Assembly: GCA_963674785.1 (NCBI GenBank)
Contig: OY771555.1
Coordinates: 800,001-864,000, forward strand
Length of the DNA stretch: 64,000 nucleotides
Source: Caldisericia bacterium
Lineage (GTDB): Bacteria > Caldisericota > Caldisericia > JAAYUI01
Direction of reading: 5' to 3'
The translations under genes and the position numbers were made by a program. Positions 30,073-41,186 of the stretch are shown here, in pieces. Numbering within the stretch: the stretch's first letter is position 1; the number at the start of each line of letters is the position of its first letter. The notes below the pieces were generated by a model, which was not told the origin of the DNA, searched no databases, and worked only from the letters and a program-made list of their open reading frames with translations.

Positions 30073-30191
30073 GTGGTGTTTTGAAATTTTACCCCCTTTG
30101 TGTTAAACTCGTTAAAGTCGATTGTGAACCGTGAAGAAAAATTATAAGTATTGTTTTTGAAGTTCGCATTCACCTTCGACTACGAGACATC

Positions 30192-30773
30192 ATGGACAGA
30201 GCCACAGAAAAGAAAGTAATTATTCGAGCAAAGAAGGGGGATGCTGAAGCCTTCGAGCAGCTTTACAGTGCATTCAGGCTAGAGCTTTACCGCTCAGCAC
30301 TCTTGATCATGAGGCATCCGGCGGATGCCGAGGATGCGGTAGCAGAGGCGTTTATAAAGACCTTCAGGTCAATTGACCGCTTCGATACTAAGTATCCAAT
30401 GAGACCTTGGATTCACAGAATCCTTCGGAACGAGTGCAACAACATCTTCAAGAAAAGAAGAGCAGGAACGGTAAAACTTGACGATTTTGCAACCGATTGG
30501 AAGGACATCATGTCCGACAAGGATGCAAAGGAATCATCCCAGATCGTAATCGAATCTGATGAGGACAAGAGGATGGTTGAACTCATCGACACTCTCTCTG
30601 ACACTCACCGAGAGGTTCTCATTCTTCACTACTTCGATAATCTCGATCTCACACAGATTTCTGAAGTCCTTGGTATTCCAGTTGGCACCGTAAAATCACG
30701 CCTGTTTCACGCGAGAAAACAACTTTCAAGAGCCATTGAAGGGGATGAACAGATTACAAAGAGTACGGAATAG
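30192..30773 (+). CDS. ECF RNA polymerase sigma factor
   Basis: AKKGDAEAFEQLY, DAEDAVAEAFIK, PWIHRI..N, EVLGIPVGTVKSRLFHAR. Confidence 0.95.
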   Translation: MDRATEKKVIIRAKKGDAEAFEQLYSAFRLELYRSALLIMRHPADAEDAVAEAFIKTFRSIDRFDTKYPMRPWIHRILRNECNNIFKKRRAGTVKLDDFATDWKDIMSDKDAKESSQIVIESDEDKRMVELIDTLSDTHREVLILHYFDNLDLTQISEVLGIPVGTVKSRLFHARKQLSRAIEGDEQITKSTE

Positions 30774-30776
30774 AAA

Positions 30777-33044
30777 ATGAAACACTTAACAGACGAGAAA
30801 ATTTTAGAGCTAGCCAGCAAAAAGAAACTCAGCTTCACAGATAGACTGAGATATGGTCTGCATCTTGCCACATGCAAAATTTGCCGAAAAAAACTATCAC
30901 AGGAGAGAAATTTTGCAAAGGACGCGGGTCTTAAACTAAGGAAAATCACATCACATGCACATCCATCAAAGAACATGGATAACCGCGTGTATGCAGCAAT
31001 CAGTCAGATTGCAACTCAGGCTGTAGTCAAGGCTCCCATCATGGCAAGATGGGTGACCTCATTAATTCTCGTTGTTGTTATGATAAGTTCGTCATATGGT
31101 ATTTTCTTTTATGCACCACTTGTAGGTGCTGCACATGAAACCCCCGCAGAGGCATATGTTTCATCAAGACTCATGCCAGTAATGGCAAGCACAGACGAGG
31201 TCATTCCTGAACCAGGACATTACCTTAAGAGCGAAGCTTTCCTGAATGTCTGGTGCGACAGACTCATGGTCTGTGCATCAGAATATACCCGCATGGTTTA
31301 TCTTGAGGGAAACAATATCAGTGATGTTTTCAAGGCAAGCATCCTTGGTCACGAGGCAGGAGTCTCAACAGAATCCGTTCTTTCTCTTCTCAGGTCTGGA
31401 AAAACCTGGGGACAGATTCTCTCAGAACTCGACATATCATTTACAAGCCAACTTTCGATTCACAAAAAGATTGCCGATGAGATTGCAGCTACCACGAAGG
31501 AGATTGGTGAGAAGGCAACACTTGAAGTCACAGCCTACAAACATGAAGATGGACATATCTCATCACCTGTCCCAATCCCAGAGGAAGTTGCAGAAAAACT
31601 TCAAGTTGGAGAATCAAAGGTTGAAGTAACAGATGATGGATTCACAACCGGAAAGATTGAACCAAATCCAACTCCATCACTCTATACCGGTGTTGTAACA
31701 AAGATTGCTGCCGGTAACTCAGCATTCACTCTCAAGACCGCCGATGATGCCTTTACTGTGAGAATCACATACAAAACTGAAATGCTCAGATATAATGACT
31801 ATTTTGTTCCAAGTCAGCTTATGGTTGGACACATCTGCACTATTGATGGGGAATGGGTCGATGGTGAACTCATTGCGAAATTCCTCGATGCAAAAGAACC
31901 CATAAGAGAGACTGAAGCCTTTGGAACAGTTCTTGATTTTGATGAAGAAACAATTACCGTTGCTGGGTTTGGTTCAGCACTTTATGTTGGAAATGATTCA
32001 GAGATCAAGGGTGAACTCGAGGTTGGAGCAAAGGTAGTCTTCACAGCATCAGGCAATGAGATTGAAGGATTCACAGTAGATACTCTCACATCAACCCCAA
32101 GACCAGAGCCAAAACCAACCCCAGAAGAACCAAAGGCTGAATTTACCGGTGTTGTTGTGGGTGTTGACATCAATGAAAAACTCATCCTCCTTCATGACGG
32201 TTCATCTGTTTTCTATAATAAAAACACAACATTTGCAAACGGAATGACACCATCTGTTGGTCAAAAGATAACAAGCACAGCACTCTCATCAAACACACTC
32301 AAGGAAGAGAAATTCCAGGATCAGGCAATAATGGTTGCAGTTGATGATAACCCTGATCTTACAGACAGATTTGAAGTGGCGGGAGAATTCACCGATCACA
32401 AATGTCTCAACGGCTGTAACTGGATTAAACCAGAGGGTGTAACAGAGGTTGAACTTGATCATGAAAAAACATCCACATATCTGATTATTCCAATGACCGA
32501 AGGACATTCAGTAATCACCCCAAGCTACAAGGGTATGACTGTTATCATGGAGGGATTCAGAGCAAGTGGTGTGAATCTTGTTACAAAGGTCACCGTTGTT
32601 GACCCACGTGAAGTAAAGACTCATTCAGGAATCATCACCGACATATCAGAAAAAAATATCCTCACTCTTGATGATGGAACAGAGATTGCTATCAGACCAT
32701 ACACAAAAAGCTCAAACCCAATAACAACTGGTGCAAAATTCCAGTTCTCATACTGGGAAGATAAATCAGGGAACAAAAAAGCTCTTGAGATTACCGCTTA
32801 CAGAGAAGAGAAAAAAATCATCAAAACAGACTGGCTCATTGTTGTAGTCTTTGATGGAGAAAAGCTTGAGCTTTCAGATGGAACGGTCATCATGGTTGAT
32901 GAAAACACAGCCATCAAGGAAGCAATCCTCGGAACAAAGCTTGATGAAACGGCAGTCAAAGCGGGACTCAAAGTTCTTTGCGAATATGAAATAAAGGGGG
33001 GTATAAACACTGCACTCGAGATTTCAGTGTTTGTAAACCCATAA
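30777..33044 (+). CDS. Putative ZAS anti-sigma factor with TM helix and DUF5666-like extracellular repeats
   Basis: HLATCKIC (HxxxCxxC), one TM near residues 93-113, repeated G.V....I.L.DG..V...T...L.VG modules. Confidence 0.8.
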   Translation: MKHLTDEKILELASKKKLSFTDRLRYGLHLATCKICRKKLSQERNFAKDAGLKLRKITSHAHPSKNMDNRVYAAISQIATQAVVKAPIMARWVTSLILVVVMISSSYGIFFYAPLVGAAHETPAEAYVSSRLMPVMASTDEVIPEPGHYLKSEAFLNVWCDRLMVCASEYTRMVYLEGNNISDVFKASILGHEAGVSTESVLSLLRSGKTWGQILSELDISFTSQLSIHKKIADEIAATTKEIGEKATLEVTAYKHEDGHISSPVPIPEEVAEKLQVGESKVEVTDDGFTTGKIEPNPTPSLYTGVVTKIAAGNSAFTLKTADDAFTVRITYKTEMLRYNDYFVPSQLMVGHICTIDGEWVDGELIAKFLDAKEPIRETEAFGTVLDFDEETITVAGFGSALYVGNDSEIKGELEVGAKVVFTASGNEIEGFTVDTLTSTPRPEPKPTPEEPKAEFTGVVVGVDINEKLILLHDGSSVFYNKNTTFANGMTPSVGQKITSTALSSNTLKEEKFQDQAIMVAVDDNPDLTDRFEVAGEFTDHKCLNGCNWIKPEGVTEVELDHEKTSTYLIIPMTEGHSVITPSYKGMTVIMEGFRASGVNLVTKVTVVDPREVKTHSGIITDISEKNILTLDDGTEIAIRPYTKSSNPITTGAKFQFSYWEDKSGNKKALEITAYREEKKIIKTDWLIVVVFDGEKLELSDGTVIMVDENTAIKEAILGTKLDETAVKAGLKVLCEYEIKGGINTALEISVFVNP

Positions 33045-35032
33045 TGAAAAAAACTCTCTGCCTTATCATAGCACTGCTTCTTTTTGCAGGAATCCCTGCC
33101 TTTTATTCGGCGGGGGTTACTGATTTATGGCTGAGTATTGAACCACAAACAGCAAGCCTGAGGGTAGAGATAACAATAAACGTCAAACTTGATGTTGAAA
33201 TAGACACTGAATCTGAAGTACTTGTAATCTTTCCAGAGCAGATGGTTTTGCCATCAGAAATTGCTGATGGACTTGTAACAGTAAATGACCTGCCGGTTTC
33301 AGATGCTCAAGTTGACCCTGAGACCTCAGAAATAACATTTATTACACCAGCAGAAATTGATGATCTTTTGAATCTAACAGTATTTTTTCCGGTATCGGTT
33401 GGAATAAAAAATCCGTTCAAGGGCGGTACATACGGGATTGAAGTCTGGATTGATGGCAACTCCTTTGAGCGAGATTTTGAAATAAAAAGCATCCTTGAGG
33501 ATTTGCCAATTGTATCTGTTTCACCAGACCTGGTGGGAAAACCAGTTTCAGTTAGTGTGCAGATTCCAGCGTGCCCGGAGCTTGATGTTCCTAAAGGTTC
33601 AACATTAAAGCTTATTTTCCCAGAAGAATTTGCCCTTCCTGAGTTTCCTGAGATGGACTATCTTTCTGTAAATGGTGCAACACCACCGGTTATCTCCATT
33701 GAGGAGAATTATTTTCAGATCGTAATCGGTGAAGATATTGATACCAACAAACCAATTCTTATTACTATCTCTCCAGAATTTGGAATACTCTCTCCAAACT
33801 GGCCAGACACGTTCACTCTCACAGTTGAGATTATTGACATCCTTGAAGAAACCGAAAGCGAGCCTTTCCAGTTACAACCTTTAAAATCAACCACAAGCAT
33901 CTCTTTTACACCAGATATTCCTGAAAGTGGATGGTTTTCAGAGTACCCCGAGATCGAGTTTTCAAGTACTGCTGAGCGCGAAATCTATTACTTCCTGGGT
34001 TCAAGTGCAAAAAAATTATTCACCGAACCTTTAAGCATTGAATCAGAAGGAACAATGGTCATAAGTTTCCTTGGTCGTATAAAAAACGGTGGATGGGAAG
34101 CTCCAAAAAAGGTCACAGTAAACATTGATACGGAACCACCAGTCTTTCCAGAGCTTGGTGATACCGCCTTTACGAACCAGGAAGAATACACCTTCACGTA
34201 CTCTGTTTCTGACACATCACCTGTTGAATCGGGAATTGCTGGGGTAGAAGTAGAAGCCCTCGGATCAAACAGATTTGAAGCGACCGTCACACTTTCCCCC
34301 GGGAAAAATGACTTTGTTTTTTACGCTACCGATTCCTGTGGCAGAGAGGTTGAAGTCACAAAAACAATAACACTAGATGTGACACCTCCATCACTTGAAA
34401 TCTTTATTCCGGAAAGGGCATCAGTTCTTTGTGGTAGAATGGTAAATATCGAGGGAATAACTGAGCCTGGTGCAAAGATAATGGTCGCTGGAAACCCAGC
34501 AAATGTTGATGAAACTGGAAGATTTTGGGCAGTCACATCACCTGCTGAGGAAGGTCCTATAAACATTGAAGTTACATCAACAGATCCTGCCGGAAACACG
34601 ACAACAATCATTGTCCCAATAATCTATATTTCGGGTACATCAATCACGATGAAACTTGATTCAAAGAAAGCAAAATTTGCTGGCATTGAAACTGAACTTC
34701 CAATCGCCCCATACAAAGATTTTGAAATAACCTATATACCTCTTGAAAGAATTGCTGAGGCTCTTGACTTCACTCTTGAAAAAGATGATGAAAGCGAAGA
34801 TAAATGGATTTTAAAAGACGACATTGAAGACAGTGAAATATTCTTTGGTGTTGGCGAAAATAAACTTTTCATCCATCGCGAAGGAAGCGTTTTTGAGGTT
34901 GACCTTTCAAACTCACCGGAAAAAAAGGATGATGTTGTCTGTATCCCACTTGAGTTTGTTGGCAAAGTTTTTGGAAAAACTGCAACTGAATTCGCCGATG
35001 GTCAGATAATTATTAGATTTTGTCCGAGGTGA
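33044..35032 (+). CDS. Surface protein with Ig-like repeats and C-terminal copper-amine-oxidase-N (stalk) domain
   Basis: Signal peptide; IFP..F.LP, GI.NP, DTEPP, TDPAGN, TYIPLERIAEAL. Confidence 0.85.
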   Translation: MKKTLCLIIALLLFAGIPAFYSAGVTDLWLSIEPQTASLRVEITINVKLDVEIDTESEVLVIFPEQMVLPSEIADGLVTVNDLPVSDAQVDPETSEITFITPAEIDDLLNLTVFFPVSVGIKNPFKGGTYGIEVWIDGNSFERDFEIKSILEDLPIVSVSPDLVGKPVSVSVQIPACPELDVPKGSTLKLIFPEEFALPEFPEMDYLSVNGATPPVISIEENYFQIVIGEDIDTNKPILITISPEFGILSPNWPDTFTLTVEIIDILEETESEPFQLQPLKSTTSISFTPDIPESGWFSEYPEIEFSSTAEREIYYFLGSSAKKLFTEPLSIESEGTMVISFLGRIKNGGWEAPKKVTVNIDTEPPVFPELGDTAFTNQEEYTFTYSVSDTSPVESGIAGVEVEALGSNRFEATVTLSPGKNDFVFYATDSCGREVEVTKTITLDVTPPSLEIFIPERASVLCGRMVNIEGITEPGAKIMVAGNPANVDETGRFWAVTSPAEEGPINIEVTSTDPAGNTTTIIVPIIYISGTSITMKLDSKKAKFAGIETELPIAPYKDFEITYIPLERIAEALDFTLEKDDESEDKWILKDDIEDSEIFFGVGENKLFIHREGSVFEVDLSNSPEKKDDVVCIPLEFVGKVFGKTATEFADGQIIIRFCPR

Positions 35033-35037
35033 CCAAA

Positions 35038-38000
35038 ATGATTAGAAGAATCATAATAATGTTGATTCTTTTCGCTTTAATTATTCCTGTGGGCGGAGTA
35101 AACGCCGCCTGCGATATAAGTATCTATGACATAATGGTCAATCCTCCAATTGCACAATCAGAGGCATGCATCAGCATCCTCTTTATTTCGTCATGTGATT
35201 ATGGAGAGGGAGAATATCTCACAATCGGACTTCCGCTTGGTTCAGAGCTTCCATATGGATGCAGAAATTGTGGGGCAAACATTGATGGGAGGAGCGACAG
35301 AGTAACATACAGCGGAAATACAATCACAATCCAGCTCAATTCAATGTTAAACTCCGGAAGACACAGGTTTTATATCTGTAATGTAACAAACCCACCAAGC
35401 AAAGGCCCACACTTTGTCACAATCACAACAAGGGACGGTGTCTTTACATCATCACCATTTGATTTTTCTGATACCTCAATAAGGGCAGCAGAAGTTGACG
35501 TTGACCCAGACTATGTTGAGGCGTGCGCGGAATATGAAATCACATTTAAGACATCAGCAACAGAAAGCTCAACATGCGGATGCAAAAAGAAAACATCAAT
35601 AACAATTCAATTCCCAAAAGGATTTGTATTGCCACAGGAGATTGATCCTCAATTTGTTTTGGTAAACGGCAGACCGGTTGCCTATGTCGGTGTAAGCGGT
35701 ACTACAATCACAATCACCCCGCAGAGTAACCTTGATGCAAATCAGACTGTTCGGGTAAAAATCCTCTCTGGTGCAGGGATAATAAACCCAAAAACCCCCG
35801 GGTGGTACAAACTGAAAATCCATACATCAGCAGACAGAATTCCTGCCGAAAGTGAATCTTTCTACATTAGACCATCAACTGTGACAAGAGCAAAGGTCAA
35901 GATTGATGACCCATTCACATGTGCAAAGGGGTCATTTACAATAGATTTTAAAACTGGTCCATATGGCGAGATCAAAAAAGGTCAGGAGATACATATCATC
36001 TTCCCGCCAGGCTTTACCATACCTGAAGAGATTGGTGAAGGAAGTGTCGCAATAAACAATGTTCCCGTTACAAACATTCCAAAATATGGGGTTGATAATA
36101 TCGATGGCTGGAAAAGAATAATGATTGATTCACCGGTAGATGTTGCCGCGGAATCAGATATTCAGATCATTATCTTCGAATCAGCCGGCATAGTGTTACC
36201 TGAAAACCCGGGAAGTGATTACCAACTCGACATAAGAACCTCGTCTGAGTTTTACCGTGTGCCATCATGGAGTTTCTCAATCTCAAACTCCAGACTCAGG
36301 AATGTCACTCTCGAAATATCTCCAGTATTTGTGAGTCTTCCATCTGTCACCAAGGTCACTTTCAAACTTGGCGGATGTGGAAACCTTAAACCTGGATATG
36401 ACACAATAAATGTTTCTTTTGGAACCGATTTCTGGTTTCCAGAAACCACACTCATGACAGACATCACCGTAAATGGAGTACCAGTTGATAAGCTGGTTAT
36501 AGTTGATGGACATAAAATAACTCTATCGCCTCCAGAAGAAATCGCAGGTGGTGAATGGGTGACCATTGTTTTTGGTGAAAAATGTGGAATAAGAAATCCG
36601 TCAAAAGCAGGAGTTGCCCACAAAGTCAGGGTATGGACAAACCGTGAACCTGAGCCTTCCCCGTCAACTGTTGTGATTTTTGCGACCACAAAAATCAGCG
36701 GTGTCCATGTGGAACTTGATAAACACATGACCACAAAATGGACTGGTGGAAAAATCAGCTTTGTTCTTGGAAAAGCAGGGGCTTTAAAATCCGGCTCTGA
36801 AATCAAGGTTGTTTTCCCAGAAGATTTTGATTTTAAAGGTTCTGTTTCGACCAGAACAATCACAATAAATGGTGAAAAACCGAAGAGAGTTTCCTGGAGC
36901 AGTCCAATTCTAATTTTAAGTAACAATAATGATATTGAAGCAGGCTCAGCAGTTGAGATTGGCATCAATGAAGCAGCGAACCTCAGAAACCCAGAGACTG
37001 CTGGTTACTACAGTATTTTTGTTTCAACATCTGCCGAACCTGAACCAATTCCATCGGTTGAATTCGGTGTTAATGACCCGATGAATATCATCTGCAAGCT
37101 CACACCGGAAGAGCCTGATGGACTCGATGGTTGGTATGCAACTCAGCCCACTCTTGAGATAATCGCAGATAATTCTCTCGATGATTACCCGCAGATATAC
37201 TGCGATATTAATTTTGAGGTGATGCCATACACGGCACCGATGCTTCTTGAGGATGGATTTACAGTCATCACAATCACAGCAAAAGATAAGTTTGGTAACA
37301 CAGCAGAACACAGCCTTAGTCTTGAGATTGACTCACATCCGCCAACATTTGAACCCGAATCAGGGAGAATTTATTCCAGATCAAAAAGCCATCGCGAGTC
37401 TGTGGAAGTTGCTGAAGAAAACAAGTTTACGGTTGATTACGATGAAGGAGCTGATTTTGATATCGAAGTAACCAGGTCTGGAATGGTCTTCATCACAACC
37501 CGATGCCAGGAAGAAAAGACGATCAAAACAAGTTTCACAGCAACAGATGAGGCTGGAAACTCAGCCACATGGGAGCGTGAAATAGTTTTTGACTGGACAG
37601 AACCGGTGCTTGAGCTTCCAAAAACAATAGAAACAAAAACAAGTGTGTGCGAAATATCTGGAAAAACTGAACCCGGAAGCACACTCATGTGCACATATGA
37701 AAAAGGTTTCATCATCAATGTCGATGATGATGGCAGCTTCAGATTCGAGATAAGGGTAAAAGATGGCTTCAACAAGATCAGTTTCACATCCACTGATTCT
37801 GCTGGAAACAGAACAGAAGGATCAGTTTCCGTTTACGCCAACCTTAAAAGCACAGTTGTAATTGAGATTGGTAAAACTGAGGCAACTGTAAACGGAGAGT
37901 CAACAAATCTCTCTCATGCCCCGTACCTCAAAGATGGCAATACTATGATCCCACTAAGATTTGTCAGCAGCTCACTTGGTGCTGAGATCGGGTATGATGC

Positions 38001-38220
38001 CCAAACAAAGAAGATCACTGTCAAGCTTGCAAAGAGAATGGTTGAGATGATAATCGGCAATAAAACAGCTCTAGTAAACGGAGAAGCCCTCGAAATGCCC
38101 GTTGAGCCAGAACTTGTCTCGGGGTCAACCTTTGTGCCACTCAGATTTCTTTGCGAAAATCTGAACATGAAGATAAGTGTTTCTGGCAAAAAGATTACGA
38201 TTTCATATGTTGCGGAGTAA
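35038..38220 (+). CDS. Large surface protein with repeated Ig-like modules and stalk domain
   Basis: Repeats I.FP.GF.LP...VNG...GI.NP..G.Y.L...TS; TMIPLRFVS..LGA; TFVPLRF. Confidence 0.88.
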   Translation: MIRRIIIMLILFALIIPVGGVNAACDISIYDIMVNPPIAQSEACISILFISSCDYGEGEYLTIGLPLGSELPYGCRNCGANIDGRSDRVTYSGNTITIQLNSMLNSGRHRFYICNVTNPPSKGPHFVTITTRDGVFTSSPFDFSDTSIRAAEVDVDPDYVEACAEYEITFKTSATESSTCGCKKKTSITIQFPKGFVLPQEIDPQFVLVNGRPVAYVGVSGTTITITPQSNLDANQTVRVKILSGAGIINPKTPGWYKLKIHTSADRIPAESESFYIRPSTVTRAKVKIDDPFTCAKGSFTIDFKTGPYGEIKKGQEIHIIFPPGFTIPEEIGEGSVAINNVPVTNIPKYGVDNIDGWKRIMIDSPVDVAAESDIQIIIFESAGIVLPENPGSDYQLDIRTSSEFYRVPSWSFSISNSRLRNVTLEISPVFVSLPSVTKVTFKLGGCGNLKPGYDTINVSFGTDFWFPETTLMTDITVNGVPVDKLVIVDGHKITLSPPEEIAGGEWVTIVFGEKCGIRNPSKAGVAHKVRVWTNREPEPSPSTVVIFATTKISGVHVELDKHMTTKWTGGKISFVLGKAGALKSGSEIKVVFPEDFDFKGSVSTRTITINGEKPKRVSWSSPILILSNNNDIEAGSAVEIGINEAANLRNPETAGYYSIFVSTSAEPEPIPSVEFGVNDPMNIICKLTPEEPDGLDGWYATQPTLEIIADNSLDDYPQIYCDINFEVMPYTAPMLLEDGFTVITITAKDKFGNTAEHSLSLEIDSHPPTFEPESGRIYSRSKSHRESVEVAEENKFTVDYDEGADFDIEVTRSGMVFITTRCQEEKTIKTSFTATDEAGNSATWEREIVFDWTEPVLELPKTIETKTSVCEISGKTEPGSTLMCTYEKGFIINVDDDGSFRFEIRVKDGFNKISFTSTDSAGNRTEGSVSVYANLKSTVVIEIGKTEATVNGESTNLSHAPYLKDGNTMIPLRFVSSSLGAEIGYDAQTKKITVKLAKRMVEMIIGNKTALVNGEALEMPVEPELVSGSTFVPLRFLCENLNMKISVSGKKITISYVAE

Positions 38221-38277
38221 GCCTCCGAATAAGGTGATTCTATAATTCGCTTGCATCATCTTTCGGGTCTGATCCCC

Positions 38278-38541
38278 ACGCCATTCCAGGCAGTTTCTGA
38301 GTTCAGTTTACACTGAGTTTACCTACGTGCCAAGGGGTGACCCGGAATTTCTCCCCTCGTCATTCCCGTCCCGCATCATGCTTCGGCTAAGCTCAGCAAC
38401 CGTGCGGGATGACTGATCGGGAATCCAGGGTTACTTTTGACGTATGAATTCTCTATTCGATAACTCTTGATGTTGGAAAAATCATTTCACCAGACAAAAA
38501 CAAATTTGCTTTTTTATGCCCTAGACCCCGGTCTTCACCCC
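38278..38541. repeat. Nested REPs plus reverse REPIN copy (38358-38541, distal REP truncated)
   Basis: cgtcattcccg[tcccgcatca(tgcttcggctaagctcagcaacc)gtgcgggatgac]tgatcgggaatccaggg + spacer + ccctagaccccggtcttcaccc. Confidence 0.85.
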
Positions 38542-38751
38542 TTAGCCTTGACATACAATCATGAAATGTTGAATGATGAGCATTATAGCATCTCTACACA
38601 GTCTATACTTTTTAATTTGTGACAAAACCTTAGACATAACCAGACGATTCACAACTTCATTTTTATGAAACAAAAACATTAGAAACTAATTTGCATTAAC
38701 AAGATTTTAGCATTATTATTCCCATATCCTAAATTCCTGGGGGTATGTAAA

Positions 38752-40176
38752 ATGCCAAAGAATGTAAAGCTGACTATTGCGATATTTGTTGCCGTTTTCT
38801 TGATTATTCCGATTACTGCTTTTCTGATAAACAAATCAAATTCTGAAGCAATATTTTTAAAAACTGGCTCAAAACACTCATCAAGGCCAACAATTGTATT
38901 AGACTCAAATGATAACCCTCATCTCTCGTGGCTTTCGAGTAGGCTTCATAACAGTTATTCATATGATGATTTCTCAATAAACTACATCAAAAAGGTTGAC
39001 GGGGAATGGGTTAACATTTCTGGCGAAAAACTCGAAAATAAAAACTCAGTAGTCATAAACAATATAGGATATGCTCGGAATGAAAACCTTATTCTGGATA
39101 AAGATGACAATCCACACTTTGTCTGGACAAATGAACATTACAATAGTCATGACGGATATACAGACATAAAATACATTATTGGAAAAAACGATAAATGGTT
39201 GCTTGCAGATGGTCAAAAAAATCACTCTGAATCAGGGGAGATGACAAAAGGGCTGATTGGTCAGGCACCAGTTTTAGCTGTGGATAATAATTGTAATCCT
39301 CATGTAATCTATTTTGGTGGTTTGGATGAAATGGACAGTAGTTTAAAGTATTCCAAGTGGGATGACATAGGCTGGGTTACGGCTGAGGGTAAAGTTTTAT
39401 CCGAAGAAAATATCAAAGATATTCCAATCTATCCAAGTTGGGAAAATTCATCAACAGCGATAAAAATAGACAAAAAAGGGAATCCTTGTGTCTCATGGAT
39501 CAGCAGAGGTAAACATGAACCATGGGGAGACCCACAAAAAAGGGCAGCATTTTTCATGAAATGGGATGGAAAAGATTGGTGCAATGCAGGTGGCCAAAAA
39601 TACGATGCAACTGAGAATCTTGAAATGTTCAAAATCGCTGTCATTGATTGCTACGGTGGTTTTCACGATCTTGAGCTGGATAGTAACGACAACCCTCATA
39701 TTGCCTGGTATGGAGATGCAGAAGAATATGGATTTTCACTGGAATATGGAAAATTATTTTACGCTAAATGGAATGGTGACGAATGGGTTGATATTAACGG
39801 AATTGACCAGAGCAATCAACGCATTAATCCATTCATATCAGGTCTAGGAAGATGGGGAATTGACAGCACATCATTTGTACTTGATTCTAATAACAACCCT
39901 CATTTTTTGTGGACACATGAAGGCAAAGAACTCCACTACTCGAAATGGGATGGTTCAAAATGGGTCAATATTAAAAAAGAAGAAAATACTAGAGAGAACA
40001 CAAATATCACAAAGTCAAAATACTATGTATGTAGCATTTCATTTGATTTGGATTCGAAAGATGATCCTTTCATAGTTTGGGGAATAAATGATTCTGTTCC
40101 AAATCTCAACAAGATCTGTTATCTGGAATGGAACGGCAAAAACTGGGTAACGGCAAATGGGAAGGTCTACAGATGA
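38752..40176 (+). CDS. Secreted Trp-rich repeat (probable beta-propeller) protein
   Basis: About 7 repeats LDSNDNPH..W...YxKWDGxxWV; paralog of 3451..5040. Confidence 0.85.
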   Translation: MPKNVKLTIAIFVAVFLIIPITAFLINKSNSEAIFLKTGSKHSSRPTIVLDSNDNPHLSWLSSRLHNSYSYDDFSINYIKKVDGEWVNISGEKLENKNSVVINNIGYARNENLILDKDDNPHFVWTNEHYNSHDGYTDIKYIIGKNDKWLLADGQKNHSESGEMTKGLIGQAPVLAVDNNCNPHVIYFGGLDEMDSSLKYSKWDDIGWVTAEGKVLSEENIKDIPIYPSWENSSTAIKIDKKGNPCVSWISRGKHEPWGDPQKRAAFFMKWDGKDWCNAGGQKYDATENLEMFKIAVIDCYGGFHDLELDSNDNPHIAWYGDAEEYGFSLEYGKLFYAKWNGDEWVDINGIDQSNQRINPFISGLGRWGIDSTSFVLDSNNNPHFLWTHEGKELHYSKWDGSKWVNIKKEENTRENTNITKSKYYVCSISFDLDSKDDPFIVWGINDSVPNLNKICYLEWNGKNWVTANGKVYR

Positions 40177-41183
40177 TAAAAAATTTCAGCATTGAAAAGA
40201 TTTCGATTAAACCGCTGGCAATTGGAGCAATTGTTTTCTTTTTAACCACTGTGATTGTTTACTTCACCATGGTCAACAACATTTTTGTCCCAGATGACCC
40301 TGCATATGTGAGTGATGAAATTCACAGTGCAAAAGATCCAAGAATAACACTCGATAGCTCTGATGTTCCATATATCTCATGGAATCAGGGGAATCCTGAA
40401 GAAACTGTTTATATCAGAAAAGATGGCAACAAATGGGTGGATGCTCCGGGAGAAATTGTTCCAGACCCAAACGGCAATGGTGTTTTTCATCTCCTGAGAA
40501 CTGAGAATAAAAATTCCAATATCAGTTATGATTATAAAAATCACAAACTAGAAACCCAATTTGAAAAAGACGGAAAAACCCAACATTTGTTCATCAATAC
40601 TAACCAAGATTTCATTATCACAGAGGCTATTGCAGTTGATTCGAATGAAAACCCACATGTAGTCTGGATTGAGTCATTAACAAAGAATCTTGATATCATT
40701 AAGCTAATCTATATAAAGTGGGACGGTAACGACTGGGTATATGGAGATGGTCAGAAATTTGATCCAGAAAACAAAAAATATCTAATAGATACTATAATGA
40801 CACGACATGGAAATCTTGAAATAATAATCGATCCAACTGATAAACCACACATTGTTTATGATGGAAATTACAGGGATCAAGACTCTGAATATGATTATGA
40901 ATCCTATAACTCAATTTATTATCTCAGATGGAATGGTCAGGACTGGGTAACGGCAGACGGAAAATCAATTGAAAATGGTATCGATAAAGGCTCTCTTATC
41001 ATCAATGATACAGGAATTGAACAGGTCGATTTTGCACTCGATTCAAGCAATTTCCCTCACATTGTCTGGGGCAGCTGGGTATATAACAAAGACCCGATAT
41101 ACGAGATAGGATTTGGCAGCAGGATTAAGTATGTCTTCTGGAATGGCAAAAACTGGGTGACAGCAAAGGGGAAGGGGTATTAA
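40173..41183 (+). CDS. Secreted Trp-rich repeat protein
   Basis: ATGA overlap; VDSNENPHVVW...YIKWDGNDWV; ends WNGKNWVTAKG. Confidence 0.8.
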   Translation: MIKNFSIEKISIKPLAIGAIVFFLTTVIVYFTMVNNIFVPDDPAYVSDEIHSAKDPRITLDSSDVPYISWNQGNPEETVYIRKDGNKWVDAPGEIVPDPNGNGVFHLLRTENKNSNISYDYKNHKLETQFEKDGKTQHLFINTNQDFIITEAIAVDSNENPHVVWIESLTKNLDIIKLIYIKWDGNDWVYGDGQKFDPENKKYLIDTIMTRHGNLEIIIDPTDKPHIVYDGNYRDQDSEYDYESYNSIYYLRWNGQDWVTADGKSIENGIDKGSLIINDTGIEQVDFALDSSNFPHIVWGSWVYNKDPIYEIGFGSRIKYVFWNGKNWVTAKGKGY

Positions 41184-41186
41184 GAG

